DNA from: an uncultured Ignavibacteria bacterium
GTDB taxonomy: Bacteria > Zixibacteria > MSB-5A5 > SM23-73-2
Length of the DNA stretch: 64,000 bases
Direction of reading: 5' to 3'
Assembly (NCBI GenBank): GCA_964447175.1
Contig: CAYURP010000001.1
Coordinates: 78,208-142,207, forward strand
Of this stretch, positions 38,796 to 47,544 are shown one piece after another. A model generated the notes under the pieces. That model was not told where the DNA came from. It made no database searches and saw only the letters and a program-made list of their open reading frames with translations. The translations under genes and the position numbers were made by a program. How positions within the stretch are numbered: the first letter of the stretch is position 1; each line of letters begins with the position of its first letter.

Positions 38796-40013
38796 ATGAT
38801 TTTAGGCGAGCTTATCGGAGTCAGTATCAGCTCCTTACAGGCTAACAAGGTCAGATCTTTTTTGACCATGCTGGGGATAATAATTGGAGTGGCTGCGGTC
38901 ATCACCATGATCTCCCTGGGCCAGGGAGCAAAAAAGGCAGTGTCCGACCGACTGGAAGCATTGGGAACCAATCTTTTGTATATCAGATCAGGAGCGCCTC
39001 GTATGGGAGGCGTCAGGGGACCTGTGGGAGCCCTGGAGCGGTTGGATGAGAAAGACTTAAAGAGACTCAAAGCTGAATGCACAGCCGTGGATAATATCGT
39101 GCCGGAGATCACCGGGTCCCGGCAGGTGATTTATGGCAACTCAAACTGGAACACCATGGTCATCGGCACCAGTCCGGAATACTTTGAGATGAGAAACTTT
39201 AACATTGCCGAAGGTGAAGAGTTTACCCAGAGCGACGTAAACGCATTCAGAAGGGTAGCGGTAGTTGGCCCCACCTTGGTGGAGAACGTTTTTGGAAAGG
39301 TCGATCCTGTGGGCAAATCCATAAGGATAGGTCGGATTAGATTTGACGTGATTGGTGTGACCGAATCCAAGGGCTTATCCGGAGGCTGGATGGATTATGA
39401 TGACATGGTCCTGATTCCTTATACCACGGCTCAGAAACGAGTCTTTGGCATAGACTATTTGAACCGTCTGGTTGCCCGTTTAAAAGACGAATCCCTGGTT
39501 CAGCCCGCCTATTTGGAGATCGAGAGAATTCTGAGGGAATCCCACCGACTCCGGCCTGACCAGGAGAACGACTTTTTCATCCAGTCCCAGTCCGATTTCA
39601 CCGAAGCCAGAGAACAAGCCACCCAGACCCTGACTTATCTTCTGGCAGGAGTAGCCTTGGTCTCTCTGATAGTCGGGGGCATAGGCATAATGAACATCAT
39701 GCTGGTCTCGGTCACCGAAAGAACCCGGGAGATCGGCGTTCGCATGGCAATAGGAGCCAGGCGCAGAGATATCCTGATCCAGTTCGTAATCGAATCTGTC
39801 AGTCTCTCCTTATTAGGTGGGATTATGGGTATATTTATGGGAATAGGGGGTTCCTGGGCATTAGCAAAATTTTTCGGGTGGAGTACGTTTATTGCGCCCG
39901 GTTCAGTAGCCCTGTCATTTCTTTTTGCCTTTGCCGTAGGCATCTTTTTCGGCATCTACCCCGCCCGCAAAGCCTCCCTTTTACATCCCATTGAGGCTTT
40001 GAGGTACGAGTAA
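38796..40013 (+). CDS. ABC transporter permease, FtsX/MacB-type. It has a periplasmic domain plus 4 TM helices and no fused ATPase.
   Basis: Homologous to the C-terminal half of the 32383..34338 product. It ends 'LLHPIEALRYE*'. Confidence 0.85.
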   Translation: MILGELIGVSISSLQANKVRSFLTMLGIIIGVAAVITMISLGQGAKKAVSDRLEALGTNLLYIRSGAPRMGGVRGPVGALERLDEKDLKRLKAECTAVDNIVPEITGSRQVIYGNSNWNTMVIGTSPEYFEMRNFNIAEGEEFTQSDVNAFRRVAVVGPTLVENVFGKVDPVGKSIRIGRIRFDVIGVTESKGLSGGWMDYDDMVLIPYTTAQKRVFGIDYLNRLVARLKDESLVQPAYLEIERILRESHRLRPDQENDFFIQSQSDFTEAREQATQTLTYLLAGVALVSLIVGGIGIMNIMLVSVTERTREIGVRMAIGARRRDILIQFVIESVSLSLLGGIMGIFMGIGGSWALAKFFGWSTFIAPGSVALSFLFAFAVGIFFGIYPARKASLLHPIEALRYE

Positions 40014-40028
40014 AACCACAAGAATTCT
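39978..40028 (+). repeat. Left copy of an imperfect direct repeat of about 50 bp, spanning the last 11 codons of the FtsX permease gene plus 15 nt beyond the stop. The right copy is at 43846-43896.
   Basis: 'cttttacatcccattgaggctttgaggtacgagtaaaaccacaagaatt' against 'cttttacatcccattgaagctttgaggtatgaataaaagcccacaataatt'. Confidence 0.7.
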
Positions 40029-40139
40029 TGCTTGATAATTACCAGTACAGGGTGGTGAGGAAATTACACGAATATCTGAAGCGGAATCAGACTCTTACTG
40101 CTTTGGGGTCGGTATTTCTTGGCATCCAAAAATTTATAC

Positions 40140-40168
40140 TTGACAATCGGGACGGAAATTAGTATATG
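40140..40168 (+). promoter_or_regulatory. Putative sigma70-type promoter (TTGACA-N17-TATATG) inside the inserted segment, 140 nt upstream of the PHP-ATPase gene.
   Basis: Sequence 'ttgacaatcgggacggaaattagtatatg'. Confidence 0.3.
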
Positions 40169-40306
40169 GTAACTACAGGAGCAGAGAAAAATGGGGAAAC
40201 CCCAGGGAATTTATGTGGTACATTGGCCTAGCGCTATGAAGAAAAACTTTATTGGTATTTCACGAAGGTTTAGTATACAGAAAACTAGACTGAGAGGAAA
40301 GCAGGC

Positions 40307-43063
40307 GTGAGCCCACAAGGTTTGTCTTTCAAGAAGTTCGATTTACATATCCATACTCCTGCCTCGCAGTGTTTTGCTGATAGATTTGAGGATGAGAAAT
40401 CAGCAGCACAAGCGATAGTCAAAGAGGCGACTAAGAAAGAATTAGCAGCAATAGCAATCACTGATCATAATACCGGCAGATTCATAGATTTGGTGAGAAG
40501 GGAAGCCAAAGGGACGAATCTTACTGTTTTCCCGGGAGTAGAAATCACCGTTGGAGATGCCCATAATCATGTTTTAGCAATTCTGGATGTGGATAAGACA
40601 AGCACGGATATCGATGAGCTATTGATGGTGCTGGGTATTCCAAGCAAGGTTCGGGGCAAGAAAGAAGCGTTTTCGGACAAGACTGTAGTCCAAGCAATAG
40701 ACATAATATGCAAAAGACCTTTCCACGGCATCGTTGTCCCGGCACACATTGACACAACAAATGGTATCTTTGAGCAGATGACAGGTCAGCCCCGAATAGA
40801 GGTAATCCAAAAGCCCGAAATCATAGCAGTAGAAGCGGTGGACTACGCAAAAGTGTCCAAATTGTTAAGTGGCCAAGATCCAAACTACAGACGAAAACTT
40901 ACGGTTTATCAGTCTTCCGACAATCCGAGCCTCGGCGATGACGGGAAACTCATTACATCAGGAGCCCATTCGGGGATGCATAGTATTAATGGTATCGGAT
41001 ATAGATACACGTACTTCAATGTGGATGAGAAAATCAATTTAGAGAGTCTGCGACAATGCTTCATTGATCCCGAGGTAAGAATAAGACAAAGCTGGGAATA
41101 CGAGAAAGGTGTCTACCCCCACGTGAAGAAGGTAAATATCAATAGTGGTTTTCTGGACGACGTCAAAGCTGAGTTTCATCCAGGTTTGAATAGCATATTA
41201 GGTGCTAAAGGAGTGGGCAAGTCTCTTTTGATAGAATTCATAAGATTTGCACTTGATCAAGAGCCGTCACAAGAGGAAGCAAAAATTGATCATGTTAACA
41301 AATTGGAAGCGCAACTACGTCAGTATGGTGAGGTTGAAGTTATAGCCTGTGACGAAACCGGGAAAGAATTCCAGATCAAAAGAACCTATGACCCTGCGGA
41401 AAACAACCCCCTTCATTGCATAGATATATCTAAAAATGAAGTTATTGATGTCAATATCTCTAAGTTATTCCCAGTTATTGCACTTAGCCAAAACGAGATT
41501 ATCAAGATAGCTGAAGACAAAGCGGATGAACAGTTACGCTTCATTGACAGATTTTTTGATTTTCATTTGTACAAGGATCAAATTGATTATCTGGAAGACG
41601 AGTTGCAAGAGCTAGATAGAGAATTCTCAACTACAATCAGATCTTTTCATGAAGGAGCGAAGTTGACAAAACAACTACAAACTGCAAAGGTTGAATTGGA
41701 AAGACTCACAGAGCAACTCAAAAATCCTATCTTTACGGAAATAGGGAAGTACGAATCAAAGGATAAAGTTTTTAGCACTCAGGAGAGGTACTTAGCTACT
41801 TTGAAGGATTACATCTTGAAGCTCATAAATATCATCAAACAGGAGAAGACACCTGTCCTAGGTGCGGACTTGTCGAATGACCCTTCGCTCAAGAGGAACA
41901 TGGATATACTCACGACAACAAAATCAAAGTTGTTGGATGACCTTACTTCTCACATAGAAATGGTAGATACATCTACTCAAAGAGTGATTGCTGAACATCA
42001 AAAATCGTTGCCAGCCTTTAATCAGAAGAAAAACGAATTAAAAGAAATAGTGCTGAAGTTAGGGGGGGATGTCCAATCCTTAGAGCAAAAAAGGAAAAAT
42101 AAGATAAAAGAAATAGAGAATATTGAAACGAAGTTGTCGTCTACAGAAGCAAAAGCACAACGAACAAAAGAGATATTTGAGAAAAGGGAGGAGATGCTTC
42201 GGGAACTGAAGGGAGTATATAGTTCATATTTTCGAGAAAGGAAGGGAAAATGCGAATTCTTTGAAAAGGCGTCCGATGGCAACCTCAAGATCGAAATACA
42301 AGAATCATCTAATATAGACGAATTCAAGAATCGTCTGCTAAGTTTGAAACGAGGATCATATTTGAGAGATGTTGAAATAGAACAGATATGTGAAAAAGTC
42401 TCTCCTCAAGATTTTATTCTAGAATTACTCAGGTATGACATATTGCTGGTAGACAAACCATCACAGGCGGGCAGTAGAATTAAGCAATTATCCAGAATGG
42501 CTGAATTACCTCCTGAAAAAATTAAGGGGCTCGTTGATTACCTGCTGGTACTAATTGAGGATGGACAATTAGAGTACGAGGACTTATTACGTTTGCAATA
42601 TAAGGCATACCCTGTAGATCGACCTGTCATTATGTACAACATAGGAGACAATACTAATCCCAAATATGAATCTTTAGACAAGGTGTCGACAGGGCAAAAA
42701 TGCACAGCAATGCTCATTCTGGCGTTAAGCGATAGCAAGATGCCCATAATTATTGATCAACCAGAAGATTCTATAGACATAAAAACAATTTGGCACGATA
42801 TGTGTTTGAAGATTAGAAGTGGAAAGGAACGAAGACAGTTTATATTCACCACTCACAATTCCAGTGTGGCTGTCGCTTCTGATACCGATAAGTTCATGAT
42901 AATGACAGGCACAGCCTCCAGTGGAGAGATCGTTTTGTCTGGCACCGTGGACAATGAAAACATAAGGAAAGAAATCATTGACTATCTGGAGGGTGGGCTC
43001 ACAACATATAGGTTGAAATATCTGAAATACAACATGCCGAAGGCTATGGACGGATCAAAGTAG
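40307..43063 (+). CDS. PHP-domain phosphoesterase fused to an SMC/SbcC/ABC-type ATPase (918 aa). Ppl-like single-gene candidate anti-phage defence protein. GTG start.
   Basis: The N-terminus has 'FDLHIHTPAS...AAIAITDHNT', the PHP His/Asp metal ligands. The middle has Walker A 'GAKGVGKSLL' and a Q-loop 'ALSQNE', followed by coiled-coil-prone sequence of about 350 aa. The C-terminus has the ABC signature 'STGQK', Walker B 'IIIDQPEDSID' and the H-loop 'TTHN'. Confidence 0.75.
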   Translation: MSPQGLSFKKFDLHIHTPASQCFADRFEDEKSAAQAIVKEATKKELAAIAITDHNTGRFIDLVRREAKGTNLTVFPGVEITVGDAHNHVLAILDVDKTSTDIDELLMVLGIPSKVRGKKEAFSDKTVVQAIDIICKRPFHGIVVPAHIDTTNGIFEQMTGQPRIEVIQKPEIIAVEAVDYAKVSKLLSGQDPNYRRKLTVYQSSDNPSLGDDGKLITSGAHSGMHSINGIGYRYTYFNVDEKINLESLRQCFIDPEVRIRQSWEYEKGVYPHVKKVNINSGFLDDVKAEFHPGLNSILGAKGVGKSLLIEFIRFALDQEPSQEEAKIDHVNKLEAQLRQYGEVEVIACDETGKEFQIKRTYDPAENNPLHCIDISKNEVIDVNISKLFPVIALSQNEIIKIAEDKADEQLRFIDRFFDFHLYKDQIDYLEDELQELDREFSTTIRSFHEGAKLTKQLQTAKVELERLTEQLKNPIFTEIGKYESKDKVFSTQERYLATLKDYILKLINIIKQEKTPVLGADLSNDPSLKRNMDILTTTKSKLLDDLTSHIEMVDTSTQRVIAEHQKSLPAFNQKKNELKEIVLKLGGDVQSLEQKRKNKIKEIENIETKLSSTEAKAQRTKEIFEKREEMLRELKGVYSSYFRERKGKCEFFEKASDGNLKIEIQESSNIDEFKNRLLSLKRGSYLRDVEIEQICEKVSPQDFILELLRYDILLVDKPSQAGSRIKQLSRMAELPPEKIKGLVDYLLVLIEDGQLEYEDLLRLQYKAYPVDRPVIMYNIGDNTNPKYESLDKVSTGQKCTAMLILALSDSKMPIIIDQPEDSIDIKTIWHDMCLKIRSGKERRQFIFTTHNSSVAVASDTDKFMIMTGTASSGEIVLSGTVDNENIRKEIIDYLEGGLTTYRLKYLKYNMPKAMDGSK

Positions 43064-43138
43064 TAAAACTGAAATTATTTCGAAACGTATCGGCATTAAG
43101 AAATGCGGATGCCGAGGGACGAATGAGTTTCGGCAATT

Positions 43139-43165
43139 TCCCCCCGCAAAATGCGGGGGGTCTTG
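43139..43165. terminator. Bidirectional terminator-like hairpin between the convergent PHP-ATPase and DUF4242 genes.
   Basis: 'cccccgcaaaatgcggggggtcttgt' has a 7-bp G/C stem. Confidence 0.45.
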
Positions 43166-43225
43166 TGACTATTACCGAAGCATCACAGATAATATCAAGG
43201 CTGCAGCTTATATGTTATCTTTGAT

Positions 43226-43501
43226 TTATCTGAAGTTTTCCGAGTGAATCATGAACTTATCATCTAATTTGTAGATCCCTTCTGTCGGAAAGTTCTGCGC
43301 TGCTTTAGCGATCACTTTACGTATAGACTCAGCATCTTTTGCATCCCACTCACAGTATAATTTGCCTTCCTCGCGTGCATACCAGCTTCTAACCCAGTAA
43401 GCATCAACTCCGTGATTCGCCTTGATGGCCTTAGCAACAGGTGTAGCGGCTTCCAAGGTCAGCTCTTTGCCTGCGGGATGAATAACTAAGAATTTTGCCA
43501 T
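43226..43501 (-). CDS. DUF4242-family small protein.
   Basis: 91 aa, 'MAKFLVIH...GVDAYWVRSWYAREEGKLYCEWDAKDAESIRKV...EGIYKL'. This matches the DUF4242 pattern. Confidence 0.5.
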   Translation of the reverse strand: MAKFLVIHPAGKELTLEAATPVAKAIKANHGVDAYWVRSWYAREEGKLYCEWDAKDAESIRKVIAKAAQNFPTEGIYKLDDKFMIHSENFR

Positions 43502-43559
43502 TTTTTGTCACCTCCTTCGCCATTTCATACCTTATGTTATGCAATTTACTTCAAGTAGT

Positions 43560-44340
43560 CAAGAAAAAAACACCTTCAACTTGGGCCAGGTCCGTGACCA
43601 AGTTGTGTCCAGCGAAATCTTGTAGGCACTAATTTCCTCCGTGCCAGCGCGAATAAATTCGTGCCTACAATTTATCATCAGATTTACAAAAAAAGAGATT
43701 GTTCAGTATGTAGCGGAAGACTTTTCCGCCTCGGGCGGATTCCGCCACAGACGGGGAGCCTCCCATTTTAAGTTCTAATGGAAACCTTATGGTTTCCTCT
43801 TTCCCCATCCCGTCCCCTGGAAGACTAAAGTCTTCCTCTACATAACTTTTACATCCCATTGAAGCTTTGAGGTATGAATAAAAGCCCACAATAATTTTAT
43901 TCCTTGTTGGAATTAGATTTTCAATTTTGTAGTTGCCCAATTTATTGGGCTTTTTTAACCGATGAATCGGCAAACTACAAATTCAGTTGATGAATCGAGA
44001 AACTACAAATCTGTTTCATCTGTTGGAAATCATCATAAGATTGGATTTATCCCCCCCGACCCCTGGAAGACTAAAGTCTTCCGCTACATAATAAAACAAT
44101 CTCCTTTCGTGCTGTTGGGTCCCCAGACCCAACAGATGATTAGACTTTTCCCACCAGGTCAGGGGACCTGGCGGCACTGGTATAACCAGGTGAACCTGAA
44201 GTCGAAGATCCCGCCCCAGGCGGGGGTTCACACTCCAATAGCAAAAGCCCACCTTGAGGCAAGGTGGGCTACCCAGTCCCGATCCCTGGAAAACTGAAGT
44301 TTTCCACTACATAATGAATACATTATAATAGCCCAGCTTA
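43560..44340. repeat. Mosaic array of structured repeat families H1-H6 and a partial 95-bp element. It includes an 11-codon FtsX-gene 3' fragment (43846-43880).
   Basis: Direct inspection. H6 is at 43636-43686 and an inverted H2 half at 43715-43731. Further H2 copies are at 43806-43842, 44051-44089 and 44278-44312. H4 is at 43926-43988, with a partial second copy to 44010. H5 is at 44011-44057 and H3 at 44103-44177. The partial 95-bp element lies near 44200-44230. H1 is at 44244-44273. Confidence 0.8.
44244..44273 (-). terminator. Rho-independent terminator for the minus-strand gene 44343..45620 (the H1 hairpin).
   Basis: The minus strand reads 'ggtagcccaccttgcctcaaggtgggctttt', a 9-bp stem followed by a T-tract. 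Confidence 0.5.
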
Positions 44341-44342
44341 AA

Positions 44343-45620
44343 TTACCTAATGACCCAGATGCGGACCCTGACCCAATCGACGACAGTATCATTGCTTTGC
44401 CGGGTCACTCTGATTATGGAATTGTCCAGATCGTACCAGTAAGCTCCCCTATACGTGGTGCTATTTTGGAAGCCTCCGAAGCCTTCTTGATGGGGCCCCG
44501 TAACGCCCCCGCTGTTGTCATAGAACACAAGGTCAACAACATAATCATTATAGCTGCCTCCAAGATTGTGGGTGAACGTTTTGGTCTCGCCTTGACTGAT
44601 CGACACCCACCCGCTGTTATAGTCGGGCTGGGGGAAACCGAAGTAGTTCTTGACTTCATTGTCGGATACGTCGATATTGCCTTCCACATCCAGCTTTTCA
44701 CTGGGACTTGTAGTTCCGATGCCTACATTGCCTGCGCTTTCAATAAACATCTTTGTTGTAGCATTTGTTTGAAAATGTAAATCTGCCCAGCCACCTCCTC
44801 CGGCATGAGCATTAATTTTAAAACCATCTCCGCCACCATCATGCTTTAACTCCCCATAAACGGTTGAATAAGTAGGGTCTTCTCCGACTCGGATATGGTT
44901 TGCCACGTGAAGATCATCATTCGGGGTGGTGGTTCCGATGCCCACGTTGGCGTTTCTGAGTACAATCTTATTACCGGGATCATCAATTTCCAAGTAAACT
45001 TGATTTCCTATGCCGTCAGGGTCACCAAGCCTAACATTATAACCGTTTGTTACAATAGAAGGCTCAGCAAGATTTGGATATACTCCAAAGTCTCCACCTC
45101 CAACTGTTAGCTTTTCACCGGGGCTTGCCGTCCCGACGCCTACCTTGTCCGTGTTGGCCTCTAATCTAACCACTGACCCATCATCTACCCATCCCCCACC
45201 ACTGCCAACGACGGATCCAGCTACGGCTGCACTGTCTGCCACCAGCGCCCGATAAGCATAGGGCATGCTGGTTAACCTGATTCTGGGAGAAATCTCCGCA
45301 TCTGTGCCCACGGTTATTCCGAAATACCTAACGGTGTCGTCGAAAAGGGAAGCGGGTATGGGATTTGTTCCTCCCAGTATTACGTTAAACAATCCGTCGG
45401 TCACCGTTACCCCGGAATGATACTCATACCACAAAGAATCATTCCCTGATTCAGAACCATAGATTTTGAAGTTCAAATCATACGAGCCGTTCAACGGATC
45501 CCCAGTATCACTGGTCAACATTCCCTGATAGTTGATCATATGAGGAATCTCAGCCCAGCAGGGATTGGCTACCAGACTGAGAAGAGCTATGATGGTTAAT
45601 ATAAAAAGCGCACGCATCAC
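44343..45620 (-). CDS. Secreted protein, paralogue A. It has a tail-fibre-like N-terminal repeat domain and a divergent C-terminal domain.
   Basis: Signal peptide. The N-terminal 165 aa are about 60% identical to the 46016..47539 product ('INYQGMLTD..G.PLNG.Y.L.FKIY....G...LW.E......V..GLFNV.LG...PIP.S.F.DT.RY.GITV..D.E.SPRIRLTS.PYAYRALVADSAAVAG'). Confidence 0.6.
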   Translation of the reverse strand: MMRALFILTIIALLSLVANPCWAEIPHMINYQGMLTSDTGDPLNGSYDLNFKIYGSESGNDSLWYEYHSGVTVTDGLFNVILGGTNPIPASLFDDTVRYFGITVGTDAEISPRIRLTSMPYAYRALVADSAAVAGSVVGSGGGWVDDGSVVRLEANTDKVGVGTASPGEKLTVGGGDFGVYPNLAEPSIVTNGYNVRLGDPDGIGNQVYLEIDDPGNKIVLRNANVGIGTTTPNDDLHVANHIRVGEDPTYSTVYGELKHDGGGDGFKINAHAGGGGWADLHFQTNATTKMFIESAGNVGIGTTSPSEKLDVEGNIDVSDNEVKNYFGFPQPDYNSGWVSISQGETKTFTHNLGGSYNDYVVDLVFYDNSGGVTGPHQEGFGGFQNSTTYRGAYWYDLDNSIIRVTRQSNDTVVDWVRVRIWVIR

Positions 45621-45624
45621 ATAC

Positions 45625-46012
45625 CTCCGATTGGTTTGAGGGTTAACGTTTTTAAATAATTAAATGGAAAATTCTTTCTATGGCAAGAAAAAAGTAGCAG
45701 TGGAGCTCTGCCTCCGCCTGGTAATTGCTTCTGTAGTTACTCAATTTATTGGGATTTGTTAGCTCGATGAATCGACAATTGCAGAATAATCTGTTTCATC
45801 TGTTGGGAAGCAACATAGAGTTGAGTTCACCCCACTTCTTCCCCTGGAAGACTGAAGTCTTCCACTACATTTTAAAAATCCCCTGGAAACCTTTCGTGCT
45901 GTCGGGTCCCCAGACCCGACACATAATTGGGCTCTTCCCGCCAGGTCAGGGGCCTGGCGAGCACAAGAGATAAGATCACATGATCTTCCGACTTTCGTTT
46001 CAAATATGACCT
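45625..46012. repeat. Mosaic repeat array: H4 (about 45731-45790), H5 (45791-45835), H2 (45836-45870) and H3 (45889-45964).
   Basis: Same families as at 43.9-44.2 kb, in the same order. Confidence 0.8.
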
Positions 46013-46015
46013 TGT

Positions 46016-47539
46016 CTACCTATCCTTAATCTCTTTCTCGCTTTGCTGTCCCAGCTGCTTTGCTATCTCCTCTCTTATTTCCGTAAGCTTTGTTTCAAAT
46101 TCAGCACGCACAGCTTCAGTTTCAGCTTTCACCCGCTCAGCGATCGCCACTTCGATTTGAGCCTGGGTAGGATCGAGGTGACCCTCATTTAGTGAAGAAC
46201 TGGCAAAAATAACGCCATACGAAGTTGGGAAGAAAAGTATGGTAAGATTAGCGTCAAATATGCAGCTGAAGGATCCGGCGTCCTTTTGGCCAAGGAAATA
46301 GAAGTTGTTGATCCCAGCCTCTACCTCAAAAAACCCGTGAACCGTGACAATATCACGATAAGTCATATTGCCCCAGGTGCTTTGAATTACCATCCAGTTG
46401 TTTTGGTCAGCTGGAAACACGCCCGCTTCATCGGAAACGCCAAATTGTAGTATTTCATTCGTACCAGAGCTGTGCGACACATATATATTCCCGGTGCCGA
46501 TTACAAATGCATATCCACTAGTGGGGAAAACCATCATACGACCCAGAATGGTTTTGACTGTGCCGTCCAACTCCACGGAACTCGTGGTTCGTTGATTGTT
46601 CCCAATTCCAGCTTCATTCTTGATCTCTGCGTTAGAAATTGAGCTAGTGGGAAGCATTACTGACGAATCATCACTTGAATACATGTCAAAGATTACAGAA
46701 CGGTCACTACCAGTTATGGAGACCATCGGTTCTTGCGTATTATTCCAGTTGCCGTCGACCATAAATCCATATTGCCCTGCTGAGTCACGCATAACCTCAA
46801 AAAATCCGCCGCCACCGGAGCTATAGTCACTATGAATGATATGGGAGATATTCCCTGTTCGATCGTTAAAGCGAAGGTCCATACCACCTCCAGGCAACTC
46901 TGCAGCATACATAATCTCCGAGGGCGACTCGTCCCCATAAAATAGGAACTTACCGTCTTCTGATGTTGAGCCTAAACGAAGTTGACTGCCAATAAGAGAA
47001 TCTGAAGCGTGAATATCACCTGCAACATCAAGCTTAGTCGATGGAGTGGATGTGCCTATTCCGACATAATCAGTCCCAGTCTCCAATCTGACCACTGTTC
47101 CATCATCTACCCATCCTCCAACCCCGCCAGTTCCTAATCCAGCTACGGCAGCGCTATCTGCCACCAGCGCCCGGTAAGCATAGGGTATGCTGGTTAACCT
47201 TATTCTGGGTGAGAGTTCTGGATCAGATTCAACTGTGATCCCCAGATACCTCAGAGTGTCGTTGAACACAGATGAAGGTATGGGAGTTGTGCTTCCCAAT
47301 ATCACATTGAATAACCCGTTTTCAACTGATATCCCGGTCTGGGCTTCAGTCCACAAAGCTGATCCACCAGAGGATTGACTGTAGATTTTGAAGGTTAAGT
47401 TATAGTCCCCATTCAAAGGATTCCCTCCGGTATCTGTGAGCATTCCCTGGTAATTCATCAGGAAGGGAATCCCAGCCCAGCACACGGCAGCAGCCAGCAT
47501 AAATGCCCCAATGACCGCTCCCACAAGAAGCTTTTTCAT
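46016..47539 (-). CDS. Secreted protein, paralogue B. Tail-fibre-like N-terminal repeat domain and a long variable C-terminal region ending in a coiled coil.
   Basis: Signal peptide. Conserved N-terminus as in paralogue A. The C-terminus is 'IEVAIAERVKAETEAVRAEFETKLTEIREEIAKQL'. The 5' leader is conserved with paralogue A ('aaacgttaaccctYaaacc'). Confidence 0.6.
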   Translation of the reverse strand: MKKLLVGAVIGAFMLAAAVCWAGIPFLMNYQGMLTDTGGNPLNGDYNLTFKIYSQSSGGSALWTEAQTGISVENGLFNVILGSTTPIPSSVFNDTLRYLGITVESDPELSPRIRLTSIPYAYRALVADSAAVAGLGTGGVGGWVDDGTVVRLETGTDYVGIGTSTPSTKLDVAGDIHASDSLIGSQLRLGSTSEDGKFLFYGDESPSEIMYAAELPGGGMDLRFNDRTGNISHIIHSDYSSGGGGFFEVMRDSAGQYGFMVDGNWNNTQEPMVSITGSDRSVIFDMYSSDDSSVMLPTSSISNAEIKNEAGIGNNQRTTSSVELDGTVKTILGRMMVFPTSGYAFVIGTGNIYVSHSSGTNEILQFGVSDEAGVFPADQNNWMVIQSTWGNMTYRDIVTVHGFFEVEAGINNFYFLGQKDAGSFSCIFDANLTILFFPTSYGVIFASSSLNEGHLDPTQAQIEVAIAERVKAETEAVRAEFETKLTEIREEIAKQLGQQSEKEIKDR

Positions 47540-47544
47540 TACGG

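Noticed and set aside
43665-44297. ORFs 43962..44297 (+), 43665..43973 (-) and 44016..44252 (-). ORFs 45749..45973 (+) and 47617..47817 (+) show recurrent peptide similarity, for example 'KTKVFRYI' against 'KTEVFHYI'.
   Set aside because: They lie wholly within the mosaic hairpin repeats. The peptide similarity is a by-product of DNA-level repeats. They have no RBS, they read through palindromes, and the frames are inconsistent between copies.
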